DNA of 61,836 nt, counting the filler, from Squatina squatina (taxonomy: Eukaryota), in NCBI GenBank assembly GCA_031763465.1. It is 3 parts of 3 records of this genome, joined end to end, with 100 filler letters (N's around TTAATTAATTAA, not from the genome) between each part and the next. Parts side by side here need not be neighbours in the genome. Positions count along the whole stretch, not along the records: positions 25,589 to 48,085 come from JARFOE010000080.1; positions 48,186 to 61,836 come from JARFOE010000016.1; 1 more part is not named here. The stretch is one strand, 5' to 3'. Both the position numbers and the translations under genes were made by a program. How positions within the stretch are numbered: position 1 is the first letter of the stretch; each line of letters opens with the position of its first letter. Positions 35,736-48,770 of the stretch are shown here, one piece after another. The notes below the pieces were generated by a model, which worked only from the letters and a program-made list of their open reading frames with translations, was not told the DNA's origin and did not search any database.

Positions 35736-37902
35736 ACAGTTTAGTGCTGAATTTTTAATTTTATTTACATTTGTCCCCCTCACAAATACCAACCTTCTCA
35801 TTCTATTTAATGCAGGTTGTAGAAATATACAGCCACAACATTAGGGAAATACCATGTAACGAAAGGAAAGTCAAGCCGAAGCAAAATGACGCAACCACAT
35901 TTGCCCCTTTGTTCAAAGTATAAACTTTGCAGCCTCTTATAAAATTATGTACATCTTTCAATGCTATTTACAGATTCGCACTGCCATTTTTTTGCCAAGC
36001 TATCACAACGAAGAACACTATAATTTATCAGGTTTGTAAACGATCCATTTAGAAAGCCATTTTACGATTAGAAATAAATAAAACAAAGAGGATAGTTATC
36101 TTAAACAGCATTTTTTTTCACAAAGTCAGACCCAAGTGGAGTTTAACCATTGGTTTCAAATGCCTTCTTTAAACCAGCCAGCCCAAGCCTGCACAGCCTA
36201 TTATTAATAACCTCCATACCTCATAAATGCATAATACTCGCATTCAACTAAAAAAAGCATTTTAGCAATTTGAACAACAAATACAAATTAAGAGTTACGG
36301 CAATATAGATCAACAGTGAAAAAAAACCGAACTGCCATCTTCTCTCTCCTGTTTTTTCCCCCCAATCTCAGGAAATGAAAAAAAAGAGTTCAGAAGGGGG
36401 AAGATCTGGAGCAACAGGAATCAAGGTTTTCTTTGGGATAGGATTGCCCTACATATGCAAACAAGAGATAACTGCNNNNNNNNNNNNNNNNNNNNNNNNN
36501 NNNNNNNNNNNNNNNNNNNNNNNNNNNNNNNNNNNNNNNNNNNNNNNNNNNNNNNNNNNNNNNNNNNNNNNNNNNNNNNNNNNNNNNNNNNNNNNNNNNN
36601 NNNNNNNNNNNNNNNNNNNNNNNNNNNNNNNNNNNNNNNNNNNNNNNNNNNNNNNNNNNNNNNNNNNNNNNNNNNNNNNNNNNNNNNNNNNNNNNNNNNN
36701 NNNNNNNNNNNNNNNNNNNNNNNNNNNNNNNNNNNNNNNNNNNNNNNNNNNNNNNNNNNNNNNNNNNNNNNNNNNNNNNNNNNNNNNNNNNNNNNNNNNN
36801 NNNNNNNNNNNNNNNNNNNNNNNNNNNNNNNNNNNNNNNNNNNNNNNNNNNNNNNNNNNNNNNNNNNNNNNNNNNNNNNNNNNNNNNNNNNNNNNNNNNN
36901 NNNNNNNNNNNNNNNNNNNNNNNNNNNNNNNNNNNNNNNNNNNNNNNNNNNNNNNNNNNNNNNNNNNNNNNNNNNNNNNNNNNNNNNNNNNNNNNNNNNN
37001 NNNNNNNNNNNNNNNNNNNNNNNNNNNNNNNNNNNNNNNNNNNNNNNNNNNNNNNNNNNNNNNNNNNNNNNNNNNNNNNNNNNNNNNNNNNNNNNNNNNN
37101 NNNNNTAAGTCACAGGGCTTGAAAACTGACTTCAGAAAGAGGATACGAGAACAAGGTTTGGCAAGGCCCGCCTAAATCAGCTCTCCGAAATCTTGAAAGC
37201 AATTTGCTTTCCATTTGCTAATTGCAGTTTAAAAGCACCCCACATGTATGCTGATTCTGCACTATTGTCTTTATTAAACTCAGGTTAGTTGTCTTAGCCC
37301 AGGCAACCTTTTGTAGTTATACAGTTAAATTCAACACCCCACATCCTGCTGAGGAGATGAGAACTTCCAAAGTGATTTGGTAACCTCAAGTATTTATCTA
37401 GGCTCTATTCCCTTTCTGTGTTCAGTAGAAAATATTATCTGCATTCGTTCACACTGTGCCCTTTGTGAGATCTTTTCAATGTCCTCAGCTACATTTACTA
37501 AACACTGCCAAGACCATACAGTGCTTTGGTCAAAACATAAGAAAAGGTTTAACGCTGGGAGCTTGGCAGAGGTAAATACCAGCACTAACCAACTACACTG
37601 TAGTGCAAGTGTGTCTAGGAAATGGACGTGAGCTTAGGTTATACATAAAACAATTAACCAAGTAAAATCAATCCCCATTATAAATTTCATAAAGTTTGCC
37701 TATTAAACACAGCTCTTAATTCCCAGTGAATATGTACAAAATATACAGGGTTCCAGTTTTAAAACCTTAAGTCAAGGTTATGTGTTTCATCAAAACTACA
37801 CAGAAGAAAAGAAGCTGTATACACAATGGTAGTCTGGTATTTTGTTTGGACAACAATGTCTTGTTTGCATAAGGAGCCTCAGTCTCAGGGTGGATCCATC
37901 TT
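35736..37902 (-). promoter_or_regulatory. Probable KLF5 3' UTR
   Basis: Follows the stop codon. miR-145 8-mer match at 37751-37758, TGTAHATA elements at 37731, 35965, 35946 and 35762, AATAAA at 37275-37270. Interrupted by a 630-N gap. Confidence 0.5.
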
Positions 37903-38046
<144 letters not shown>

Positions 38047-38146
38047 NNNNNNNNNNNNNNNNNNNNNNNNNNNNNNNNNNNNNNNNNNNNNNNNNNNNNN
38101 NNNNNNNNNNNNNNNNNNNNNNNNNNNNNNNNNNNNNNNNNNNNNN

Positions 38147-38712
38147 CCCAGGCAGCTGCTGAAAGTACGGCCGCCAATGGTCGAGCGATTAAAATGGGGG
38201 ATTTGCAAGATGCCAGAATTGGAGGAGTGCAGAGACCTTGGATCATTGTCTGGCTACAGAGATGGGGAGAGGTGAGGCCATAGAGGGATTTTAAAACAAG
38301 GGTGAGAACTTCAAAGTAGAGGCGTCACTGGACTGGAACCCAATGTAGGTCAGCGAGCACAGGGGTGATGGGTGAATGGGTCTTGCTGCGAGTTAGGATA
38401 TGAGCAGCAGAGATTTGGATGAGCTCAAGTTTATGTAGGTTGGAAGATAGGAAGTGGGCAAGGAGAGGATTGGAATAGTCAAGTCTAGTGGTAACAAAGA
38501 CCTGGATGAGGGTTTCAACAGCAGTTGAACTGAGGCATGGGTGAAGTCGTGTAATGTTACGGAGGTGGAAGTAGGTGGTCTTGGTGATGGAGCAGTAATA
38601 TGGTCGGAAGCTCATCTCTGGGTCAAATACGACAAGCAAGGTTGTGAGCGGTCTGGTTCAGGCTCACAGTTGCCAGGGAGAGGCATGGAGTCGGTAGCTA
38701 GGGAACAGAGGT
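38147..38712 (-). mobile_element. L2 LINE 3' fragment
   Basis: ITKTTYFHLRNITRLHPCLS...TTRLDYSN...ITPVLADLHWVPV. Confidence 0.9.
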
Positions 38713-39534
38713 TCAGTGTCACCAAACCTGATTACAAACATTCTGAGATGTGAGCAGCAGGAGTGTTCTAGCTGTGAGATGCCCACGTTAATCTTTCATT
38801 GTTAAAATCAAAAGTTGAACAGTTCTGAACTCTTGTCACTAAGTTATACTGCACAATGCTTTTAATAGTCAGAACCAAATGGTAACTTCTCCTTCAGTTG
38901 GGAATTCAATGTGGGCAGGTGGTCTCGTCTCCTGATGGCAAGGATGAAGATCTGGAGGAGGAGAAGCAAGTCAAATCTGTAATCTTTGGAGCGACCATAT
39001 ATACAGTTTTGCTAAAAGTGCAAAGGTGACCTGAATATGTAATAAATCACCAGGACATCCCTCATTCTAAACAAAACGGAGCTTTCACTCTGCTCTTGTG
39101 CAACCATTTTACATGCAGCAGGACAATGAACCTAAATTTATAGACTAGCTTACATTTGAAAATGTGGGTAACCGCTCCTACAACAATTTCCCCCGAAATT
39201 CCCGGTCGGTGCCGCTTCAGTGCAATGCCCCTTTTATTTATCTCAACCCGCTTTGCTGAATCCCCTTGCAGTGCCAGGCTATTAACCCACATCAGCAGCC
39301 AAACAATGACTGGAGGAAGGGGGAAAAAAATTATGTTTTTCTGCCCTCTGAGGAAACGCCCACCGTTACCCAGACCTACCACGGAATGCTTGCATGGTGT
39401 AAAGGTGTAATGTGAAATACAAATTGACCATTGTTAATGCTCCCTGTATATAGGGAGCATTAACAATCCGACTCTTCCTGTCCCCACCACTCTTCTAAAA
39501 TTGAGCACTCTGTACGGAGTCTTTTCTAAGCTTA

Positions 39535-40345
39535 TAAGTTCTACTAAAACTGAGAGGCTATATCTATCAGGAAAGATTAAACAGGCTGGGGCTCTTTTCT
39601 CCAGAAAAGACAAGGCTGAGGGGTAACCTAGGTACATAAGGGAGAAAGGAATAGAAGGATCTGTTGATAGCTTTTAGATGAAGTAGGGTGGGAGGAGGTT
39701 CGTGTGGAGCGTAGACACTGGCATCGACCAGTTGGACCGAACAGCCTGTTTCTGTGCTGTACGTGCTATGTAATAACTTGCCGTGGAGTGATTTGAATTC
39801 ATGGCCACTACACCAGCATACACCTGTTTACAATAGGGCGACCACAATTCTGGTCACCATACCATAAGAAGGATATAGAGGCACTGGAGAGGGTGCAGGG
39901 AAGATTTACGAGGATGATACCAGAAATGCGAGGGTATCCCTATCACGAAAGGGTGAACAGGCTGGGCCTCTTTTCGCTTGACAAAAGGCTGAGGGGTGAC
40001 CTAATTGAGGTCTTTAAAGTTATGAAAGGTTTTGATATAGTAGGTGCAGAGAAAGTGTGGGGAAGAGCATGACTTGAGGCCATCAATAGAAAATAGTCAC
40101 CAAGAAATCAAATTGGGAATTCAGAAGAAACTTCTTTACCCAGAGAGTGATGAGAATGTGGAACTCGCGAATAGTATAGATGCATTTAAGGGGAGGCTAG
40201 ATAAGCCTATGAGGGAGAAGAGAATAGAGGGTAATGCTGATAGATTTAGATGAGGAAAGACGGGAGGAGGCTAGAGTGGAGCATAAATGCCGGCATGGAC
40301 TGGTTGGGCCGAATGGCCTGTTTCTGTGCCGTAAATCCTATGTAA
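39535..40345 (+). mobile_element. Two tandem CR1-type 3' fragments
   Basis: KDIEALERVQGRFTRMIP...LRGDLIEVFK and repeated ttgggccgaatggcctgtttctgtgc tails; a further piece lies at 41042-41200. Confidence 0.85.
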
Positions 40346-41226
40346 AGTTAACCAACTAATAATTTAAATTCTCTTCAGTTTCTTTTCCTCCAGATAAAAC
40401 ACAGATGCTGTTGAGGAGGAGGGAGAAAAAGTGGATAAAGCCCTTCCACCTCTGTCACCCCGACCACATGCTCACCCATGCCATCATTTATCCTTTCTTT
40501 CTCACTCAGCAGCCCAGAGAGATTCACGCAGGAGGCAGCAAGAAGATCAAATGAGGATTTGTCACAAGATGCGAGGGTACTCGAGGAGTCAGGAGTGACA
40601 GTGGTTTCTGATAACGGAGAGTAGAGGATCTGCAAATGCCAGTCCTTGGCTCAAGATCCTGGAGTCTCAATTTTCAGGGGTCGCGTTCTAAAAAGGATGC
40701 TCAACAAGCATCACATGAACATGCAAATACTAAGGAACATCTTGCATGATGTGAGGAGGATGGCAGGGATTAGTCACGGTGGAGTTTAATGCCATCCTTT
40801 GCACCAAGCTCTGAAAAAACTTTAGGACGATGCAGTGCTACCGGGAGCAAGTGGAAGAATTGGAATCATCCTCACCTAGCCCCCAAAAGAGATGCCTGCA
40901 GACCAGTCAGTCCCTCCAGTATGGAGGTATAGGACTCGCCTNNNNNNNNNNNNNNNNNNNNNNNNNNNNNNNNNNNNNNNNNNNNNNNNNNNNNNNNNNN
41001 NNNNNNNNNNNNNNNNNNNNNNNNNNNNNNNNNNNNNNNNNGGTGAATAGCATTGATGCATTTAAGGGGAAGCTACATAATTGCACGTGGGAGAAAGGAA
41101 TAGAAGGATATGCTGATAGGGTGAGATGAAGAGGGGTGGGAGGAGGTTCATGTGGACCAGTTCGGCTGAATATCCTGTTTTTTGCTGCACGTTCTATGTA
41201 ATTCTGTTGAGAATTATACAACGTAC

Positions 41227-41997
41227 CTGGAAAATCACAGTGATGAATCCTTCTCTTCTCTAGCTCCGGGTTGTTTCTCCGGTTGAACTTAACCGGTGTG
41301 ATGTTCGGTTGTGTTGCTTGCAAGGTTGCTGGGTGGGCATGGGTGACAGTGGGTGACCCCATCTTGCAGGCAATAGAGGCAGCATACGATGGAGGTGGCG
41401 TCATAGTTTGCAGTAGTTCTGGCTGCCTGTCGGGGCTTCCGGGCTCAGAGTTTGGTGGTGAGGGCGGCAGGTAGGTGGGCTGTTGTGGGAAGAACTGCGT
41501 TGGCACGGCAAATGTGCCTGCTGAGATAGAGTGGAAGTGTTTCACTGCCGTCTGCGGACGCACCGCGGCCAGCGAGTTCATGCCAGTCATTCCTGTCGAT
41601 ACGGAGACATTGGTGAGGTTGCCCATACACGCTGTGTTACCTTGTGTGTGAGGAGTGTTACCAGGCATGCTAATCAAATCTGGGGAACTCAGCAGCTGGT
41701 ACAAGTGACCTTGTTGCGGGGATGGAGGCAGATGCATTTCAGGCGAGGGCAGCTCCTGTTTGATGAACACGGTGTTGACATCTGTTGACTGCGAGGTGTT
41801 GAACACACTGGTGAATTCTGGCAGGGCCTGGGTTGTAATTGTTCTGTTTGCCTGGGTAAAAACGGTAACGTCTTCCGAAGGGGGCTGAGCCATGGATGGT
41901 CTTTGCGGCTTATAAAGGCCAGTTCGCAGGTAAGTGATGTCTGGCAGGATCACATTGATGTTGACGCTGTACGGCGACGTTCTCTCGTCCTGGAAAA
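41227..41997 (-). CDS. KLF5: Krueppel-like factor 5, large coding exon (5' part in gap)
   Basis: FQDERTSPYSVNINVILPDITYLRTGLYKPQRP...TQALPEFTSVF...FIKQELP...PPSPPNSEPGSPDRQ...TPPPSY...NPELEKRRIHHCDFP, with phase-1 donor GTACGT at 41226. The short finger-1 exon is not visible. A KLF5-like paralog is not fully excluded. Confidence 0.92.
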
Positions 41998-43889
41998 NNN
42001 NNNNNNNNNNNNNNNNNNNNNNNNNNNNNNNNNNNNNNNNNNNNNNNNNNNNNNNNNNNNNNNNNNNNNNNNNNNNNNNNNNNNNNNNNNNNNNNNNTAT
42101 TGGTACTAACTGAGTTACAACACTAGGGTGAAGTACTGACGATTACCTTATGTTAGTGAAATCAATTTGAGGTGATGAATTAACAGTCATACAACCTTAA
42201 TGCACATTGGCTTAAATGCACCTTTTTTTAAATGACATTGGTATCAATACATTTAACACATCCAGCAACAACATCAAGTACACATCTCTAATAGGGGTCT
42301 ACTATACACATGAACTTTTGGCAGCTTACAAATCTAGCCGTTCCATTTGTTTGGGATAGGATTGTACAGAGTCATCTGAAACTGGTACCAGGAATTAGCA
42401 GCCACCTCCAGCATACCAAAAACATTTCACTGCACTCTCACAACAGCAACCTAATCCAGCTGCCTCTTACTCCTTGGCTTGTTTTACTCTGATCTTCTGA
42501 AGCACTGGAATACGTAAACTTTAAAATGACAGAGACTTAATCTTAAAATGTTTCATGTGACACATCCATATTGTTTGGCACTCTGAATAACCACCTAAAA
42601 AATATCGAAAAATTTACGTATAAGGATTAAGATGTGTGGGCTACCACTTGAAGTGAAGCAGCACACTTAGTTACTTAGGGAGAGCACTATGTAGAGATTT
42701 TAGTTTTTTTTAAAAAAAGTATTCCTTTAAAATAATACATAAATAAGGCTTTGCTATACCTTTACGATATATGGGGGAAATGAGGTTATACATTCCTTAT
42801 GAGTTCAAAAAAAGTTGAAGCAATACTTAAACTGCAAGACAGTTGCTCAGATATTTTCCAAAACAGATCAAAATATCTGAAATAGAAAACGTCATTGGGT
42901 AATGGCCTGACACACAAATCAACACAGCCGGGGGTGGTGGGTTTTCACAGTCATCGGGAAAACATTCATCGAGCACCGTTGAAGATACGAATGCTACATT
43001 CCCCCTTCATCTGTAAAAAGCTCTACATAATGCCANNNNNNNNNNNNNNNNNNNNNNNNNNNNNNNNNNNNNNNNNNNNNNNNNNNNNNNNNNNNNNNNN
43101 NNNNNNNNNNNNNNNNNNNNNNNNNNNNNNNNNNNGGACTTCCCCACCATCGGGAACATCCTTCCTGCATCTAGTCGGTCCAGTCCCGTCAGAATTTTAT
43201 AAGTTTCAATGAGGTCCCCTCTCAATCTTCTACCACGTGTAAATAGTTAAGATGTACTTGCAGATAAAATTCAGGTCAACAGCGGGTAGCTGGCACACTT
43301 TAACCTATAAACATTCAGAACATTAAACTGGAGCTAAATATATATTCACAGCTTGGGTTTTGAGATTGATTGTGTAAGGTGGGGATGCATCAGTATCTCA
43401 GATAATGGAAACTACTGCAAACCTCTCCGTACAATATTAAATCTTGGAACGTTACCAATACTGCAGTAGACAGTCGGAGCAACATTTCACATTACAACAC
43501 AGAGCGACACCAAATATGGAATGGCCGGTGAATGAGAACTCAGCAGCAGCCCAATCCGGAGAACATTCCCCATGTTACAGGTTCCACCAGTGCACAGCAA
43601 CCATTTCAGTGGCAAACAAATTGTATTCAAATACCAGAGAATTTAATAAGAAATACAGAACCTGGGTTTGTAAATTAAGTGACTGTTGAAGCGGAATCAT
43701 TTGATGGCAGACAAAAAGAACGAACTCGCATTTACGTAACGCCTATCACGATCTCTAGATCCCCAAAAGGTGCTTCACAACAAATGCAGTTGTTGTTGTA
43801 ATATAGAGAGGTGTTGGGATACAGGATCCGAGGTTATGGATTTAACTCTGCAATGCATTCTACTACACAGTACCACACTCTGAACATAC

Positions 43890-44345
43890 TCATCAGGCAC
43901 TTGCTGCAAGAGGACTCGAACTGCAAGTAGCGTTACTTCCTGTCTCACTTCGCAGAAACACACTTCTTGTTATCAAGCAGGACCGATGGAGAAATGCTTG
44001 TTAGAACGGTCACGCACGGAATGGGTTCCTTATAGAGGAGCCCACAGTACAACCTGAAGGATCAAACCTTCCTCGCAAACAGTGGACAACCATCAACTGC
44101 CTCAAAACCGGTCACAGTCGATGCTGCCACCTTCTCCATAGATGGAAGATTAAAGCATCCCCATCACGCGACTGTGGAGCTCCTAATCAAACCCTGGAGC
44201 ACATCATCGAGCACTGCCCTCAGAGGATATTCGCAGGCAGCCTACAAGAGATCCATGCTGTTACATCGGGAGCTTGGGCCTGGATATCCGACTTAGATAT
44301 TTGATATTTGATTTGCTTTGCTACTACCACACGAAAGAAGATGAC
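43890..44345 (+). mobile_element. Vingi/Ingi-like LINE 3' end
   Basis: Frame missing from the ORF track: LPRKQWTTINCLKTGHSRCCHLLHRWKIKASPSRDCGAPNQTLEHIIEHCP (CCHC-type knuckle), then a very short 3' UTR ending acgaaagaagatga. Confidence 0.7.
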
Positions 44346-46189
44346 TTCCATCTCAGCATTCACAGTTGTCATCTTGATCAGGCAGCCTCTGTGATTGCTT
44401 GGAGCTTCTGTCTCCTTTGTATGTTATTAACAAAAATATAAAGTGTTTTTATATGCTGCTGCATTTACCAATAAAAGTATTTACTTTTTTCAATCAGTGG
44501 CACATACGTAATGATAGGCATGAGATCATGCAGTTCTATTGTGCCATTCTTGAAATGTGGAAAATGCAAATTGGTATACAGTAGATTGGAACCTTACTGG
44601 TTTGGCAAGGTGCCAGCATGCTGCATATAGAATGAAATGCTCCTTCAACCCTGCCAGTACGTTTCCTTAACTTACTACTCAATTTTTTCCATCTAAAAGT
44701 TTTAGTTACTGCACTTTTGACAAAATCCCACAGACACTTCTATAACCCTATCCTATAAACATTAAAAGTTATTTGCTTTATTCATTAAAATGTAACTTAC
44801 TGATTAACAGACCACTGAATTAATTTATTCTCTTAAGTCCTGCTCCTGTATCTGATGCTATTAAATCTAAGTCTGCCTGAGCTCTGAAATTTTATATTCC
44901 TTACTTTACTAACCTTACTTCAGACTGTATGATTCCAATAGACTTTACATATAAAGTTTGTGAGTTCTCTATATCAAGAACAAGGAGCACAGGGTATATT
45001 AAAGTGCATATCAAAATTAAAATTAATATAAGTTATGCTTTGCTGTTCATTGCAAATTCTATTCTGTAAAATTACAATGTAGATAATAAAAAATATTACA
45101 TTTCTGAAATTATTTTGGAACAATATAGATAAAAAGCACAAAACATCATAGAGGAAGGCAAGAAATGAAACAAGTTCAAGGTGCATCTAGTTCACCTTCT
45201 ACCATCACGGTNNNNNNNNNNNNNNNNNNNNNNNNNNNNNNNNNNNNNNNNNNNNNNNNNNNNNNNNNNNNNNNNNNNNNNNNNNNNNNNNNNNNNNNNN
45301 NNNNNNNNNNNGGTGGATATTACCAGCTCTCATTTTAGATTGTCAAACAGCACCGCAGTAATGGCGAGCAGCTGGTGAGATGTTACAACAGCATCAGCGT
45401 GCTCGACAGGAGCCCAGGAGCGTGAGGTCACAAGGTTAGCGCCACAGTGGAGGGGTCCAGAGAAAATGATGGCTGATAATTATAAAGACATTTCGAAGCC
45501 AAGCTTATTCATAAACAGCAGTGCTCAAAAGTGGAATCAAATTAACTCAACTCAAAGGCATTGATGAAACACTGGTGTGAAATGTTTTTGAATAAGTCAC
45601 ACCCAAGTTATAGGGAGTTACTCCACAGATTTTGAACTGGATCACTGGTGAGCGCAACAGGAATTTAACTGCTAAACACAGTTCATTTTATGGTTGAAAG
45701 TTTAGATTGTGTTTATAAAACACTCACCTGTTTCTAAGCAAACCTGGAATGTACCCAATACTTTACAATCTGAAGAAAGCTTCAAAAATTGCAAGTGAAT
45801 CAAACAGTACTAAATTTAAACCTTTAGTGCTTGGTACACAGAGCTTAATTTTTAAGTTAATATTCCCATGACTGGCAAAGTGGGTGGGCACAGCAGCAGT
45901 CCAACACTGCAAACCGATGCCAAAGTAAATATGAAAACCATTACATTTTCCAAAGGACTTTATGTAAAAATATAAATATTTGAAATAGGCGAGCACTACA
46001 AGAATATGATTGGAAAATGCCCACTACAGGGCAGGGCAGCTTTAAAACAAATTAACTTCCTGTGTGAATACAGTATTCAGTGAAGTTGAACCAAAGGTGG
46101 ATCAAAAGCAAATTGACACTGGCTTTTAAAAGCATCACAGACTCAACAGTAGAGGAAATACAGATATGCAACAAGTGTTTACAAATTCC

Positions 46190-46513
46190 TCCATGGCCTT
46201 AGCCCCTCCCCATTTGTAATCACCTCCAGCCCCACATCCCTCAGATATCTGTGCTCCTCCAATTCTCACCTCTTGAGCTTTCCCAATTTTAACGGTAGCC
46301 ATGCCTTCAGCTGTCTGGGCGCTGTAATTTCAGCTCAAAACTCTTTCCTCCTTAAAACCTACCTCTATTTCGAAGAGGAGCAGGGGAGTTATCCCCAGGG
46401 TCCTGGCCAATATTCATCCCTCAATCAACATCACAAAAACAAATTATCTGGTTATCACCACATTGCTGTTGGTGGGAGCTTGCGGTGTGCAAAATGGCTG
46501 CCACGTTTCCTAC
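46190..46513 (+). mobile_element. L2-tail fragment followed by a Deu-domain SINE (SacSINE1/AmnSINE1-like)
   Basis: gaagaggagcaggggagttatcccc...cctggccaatatt...cacattgctgttggtgggagcttgc...aaatggctgcc (46371-46513) matches the DeuSINE central domain as I recall it. Confidence 0.75.
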
Positions 46514-47679
46514 ATCAGTGTTTCCCAAACGGGGGTTCGCGAGAAAAATTCCATAATGGCAGAAGCAAGTGTTTGTGCGGCAATACGGAATTATTTTGGC
46601 GCCTTGAGGCGATATTTTTGTAGCCTGCTTTACTGAGCATGCGTCACTGGTGCTGGACAGCTTTCCCTTGCCCCCAGCAAGGCCCAGAGGGAACAAGCCC
46701 CCAAGCTCTGCTCTGTCACTGCCTGCGTTGAAGGGGATTAATCCAACGCTATGTCAGGGCCCGTCTCAGCCCACCACTCACCAGCTTTCCAATTGAAACT
46801 CGGGGCACGGGGGTTCCACAGGTACCAGCACCTCCTCACCTGACCAGGGTTGGNNNNNNNNNNNNNNNNNNNNNNNNNNNNNNNNNNNNNNNNNNNNNNN
46901 NNNNNNNNNNNNNNNNNNNNNNNNNNNNNNNNNNNNNNNNNNNNNNNNNNNNNCCTTCAGTAAATGGTCTCTGTGAGGCAAATTGTGAGAGACTGAGACT
47001 CTTCTTAAAACTCGCAATCGAAATTTTGCAAATTATACATATATAGATTGACATCAAAATCAAGTTCACATATGTTTCAGTTTTTGTTGAAAGTTTATTT
47101 ATTTTTTAAAAGTCCAATTATGTAAAATTATACTATACTTTGGCTGCTCATTTATCACAGCATGAGATTACATTAAATTATATAAAACTAAAACCTCCCG
47201 GCATGTGATCCATTCCATGTGCTCGAATTACGGGTCCCGTGCCTTCCCATTAGCCTTTTTGAGTGACTGTGTAATGTCTGGAGCAGCACAACCATTGCTA
47301 ACAGAGATGGTGTCTAAGTTACATCACTTGTAACATAACTGCTTGGAAAGGATGGAAGCTGATATGACAATGATGACACCGAGCTATAATAGCTTCTCAT
47401 AGGGATTAACATTTGCTTGGTCAAGGAGGGGAGGAACTTTTAGGGGTTTCAAATACACATTGCACGTTTTAAGATTTATTACCATTTTTCCTAGTGAATA
47501 TTTTTCCTTTATGAAAAAAAATAGCACTGAAAACCTCAATATGAAACAAAGATCGCTGCAAAAAATAGAATTTTTAAATCGAGAGCGATGCAATCTGTCC
47601 AATAAAAGCAGGCAAGACAAATAACATTTTGGAATGCGATTGAAAGTTGATCACTACTGCTGGAAATCTGGAACCCAAA

Positions 47680-47852
47680 AGGCTTTTGACCTGAACTATC
47701 ATACCGTTTGTCATTTAATCTCTCCTGCCTTCCACCCTAACACAGACCTTCCCTTTCATTCTTTCCTCCCCCCCGACCTCTGCACTTGCTTTAAACCTGT
47801 TATATCTCTAACTTTAACGAAAGGTCATCGAATTAAAAAGTTAAAACTCTGT
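47680..47852 (+). mobile_element. Penelope-like terminal repeat fragment, degenerate
   Basis: Reverse-complement similarity to 35460-35600; hammerhead core decayed (ttaacgaaaggtcatcga). Confidence 0.7.
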
Positions 47853-48085
47853 GGGTGCCAAATTCGAGATTTTCTTTTGGCGCTAAACCGGCGTTAAGGG
47901 CTTGACGTCGATTTTTGGCACGAAATTCGTCCCCCGTTAACACCGGCGCTAAACGGGCGCTGACTGCTTAAGACCACAATCGCAAGTTTCAGCTTTAGAG
48001 TGTCTCGATGACGTCCTCAGTGGGCGCAATGCCCAAAATGTCTGCCTGCTGTAGAATTCGACAAGGCTACAGTGCCTTAAATTTA

Positions 48086-48185
48086 NNNNNNNNNNNNNNN
48101 NNNNNNNNNNNNNNNNNNNNNNNNNNNNNTTAATTAATTAANNNNNNNNNNNNNNNNNNNNNNNNNNNNNNNNNNNNNNNNNNNN
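48086..48185. other. Artificial contig-concatenation spacer
   Basis: 44 N + TTAATTAATTAA (48130-48141) + 44 N, identical to the first spacer. Confidence 0.97.
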
Positions 48186-48589
48186 ACATGGAGAATTGGC
48201 CTCCCATTTTGGTCTCTCTGCACCTTGTATAGAGAACTGCTCGCTCATCAGAATGTAAAATCAGGTGGCTGATGCACAGACGTCACTCTCCCAAAACTGG
48301 ATTAAGTTTTCTTTTGTAAATCGGAAAGCATCACGTTCAAAGCCTCAGTTGATCGGAGTGAGAAGCAAGCTGGGATAATTGAAAAATACGACGAGAAAAT
48401 GTGGAAGCTTTAGGTCCATGTCTCTGCCAGATTAAGTAATGGAGCATTTTTGTTTGCAATGTCATCAGAGGTTCTCTCTCACTTTCAATACTCGGGATTC
48501 GCTGTTCCACATATGGGTGTATTGAATCAAAACCTGACATCATGGTAAGTTAGATGTCTGGCCAAGCTTTTGTTCCCCTCCAAGGCACA

Positions 48590-48770
48590 CTACAACCCTA
48601 CTTGTTTATCATTCCTGGGTTAAAATCCTGGAACAGTCTACCTAGCACCATGGCGGGAGCACCATCAACACAAGAACCGCAGAGGTTCAAGAAGGCAGCC
48701 CATTACCACCTTCTCTGGGCAACTGGGGATAGGCAATGAATATCAGTGTTATCCTCACCCAAAGAACAAA
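48590..48770 (+). mobile_element. CR1-group 3' tail fragment
   Basis: KSWNSLPS...QRFKKAAHYHLL peptide, typical of a LINE ORF2 end. Confidence 0.7.

Noticed and set aside
40907-41226. C-terminal extension of the 348-aa KLF5 ORF
   Set aside because: It reads past the splice donor at 41226 into intron and CR1 sequence.
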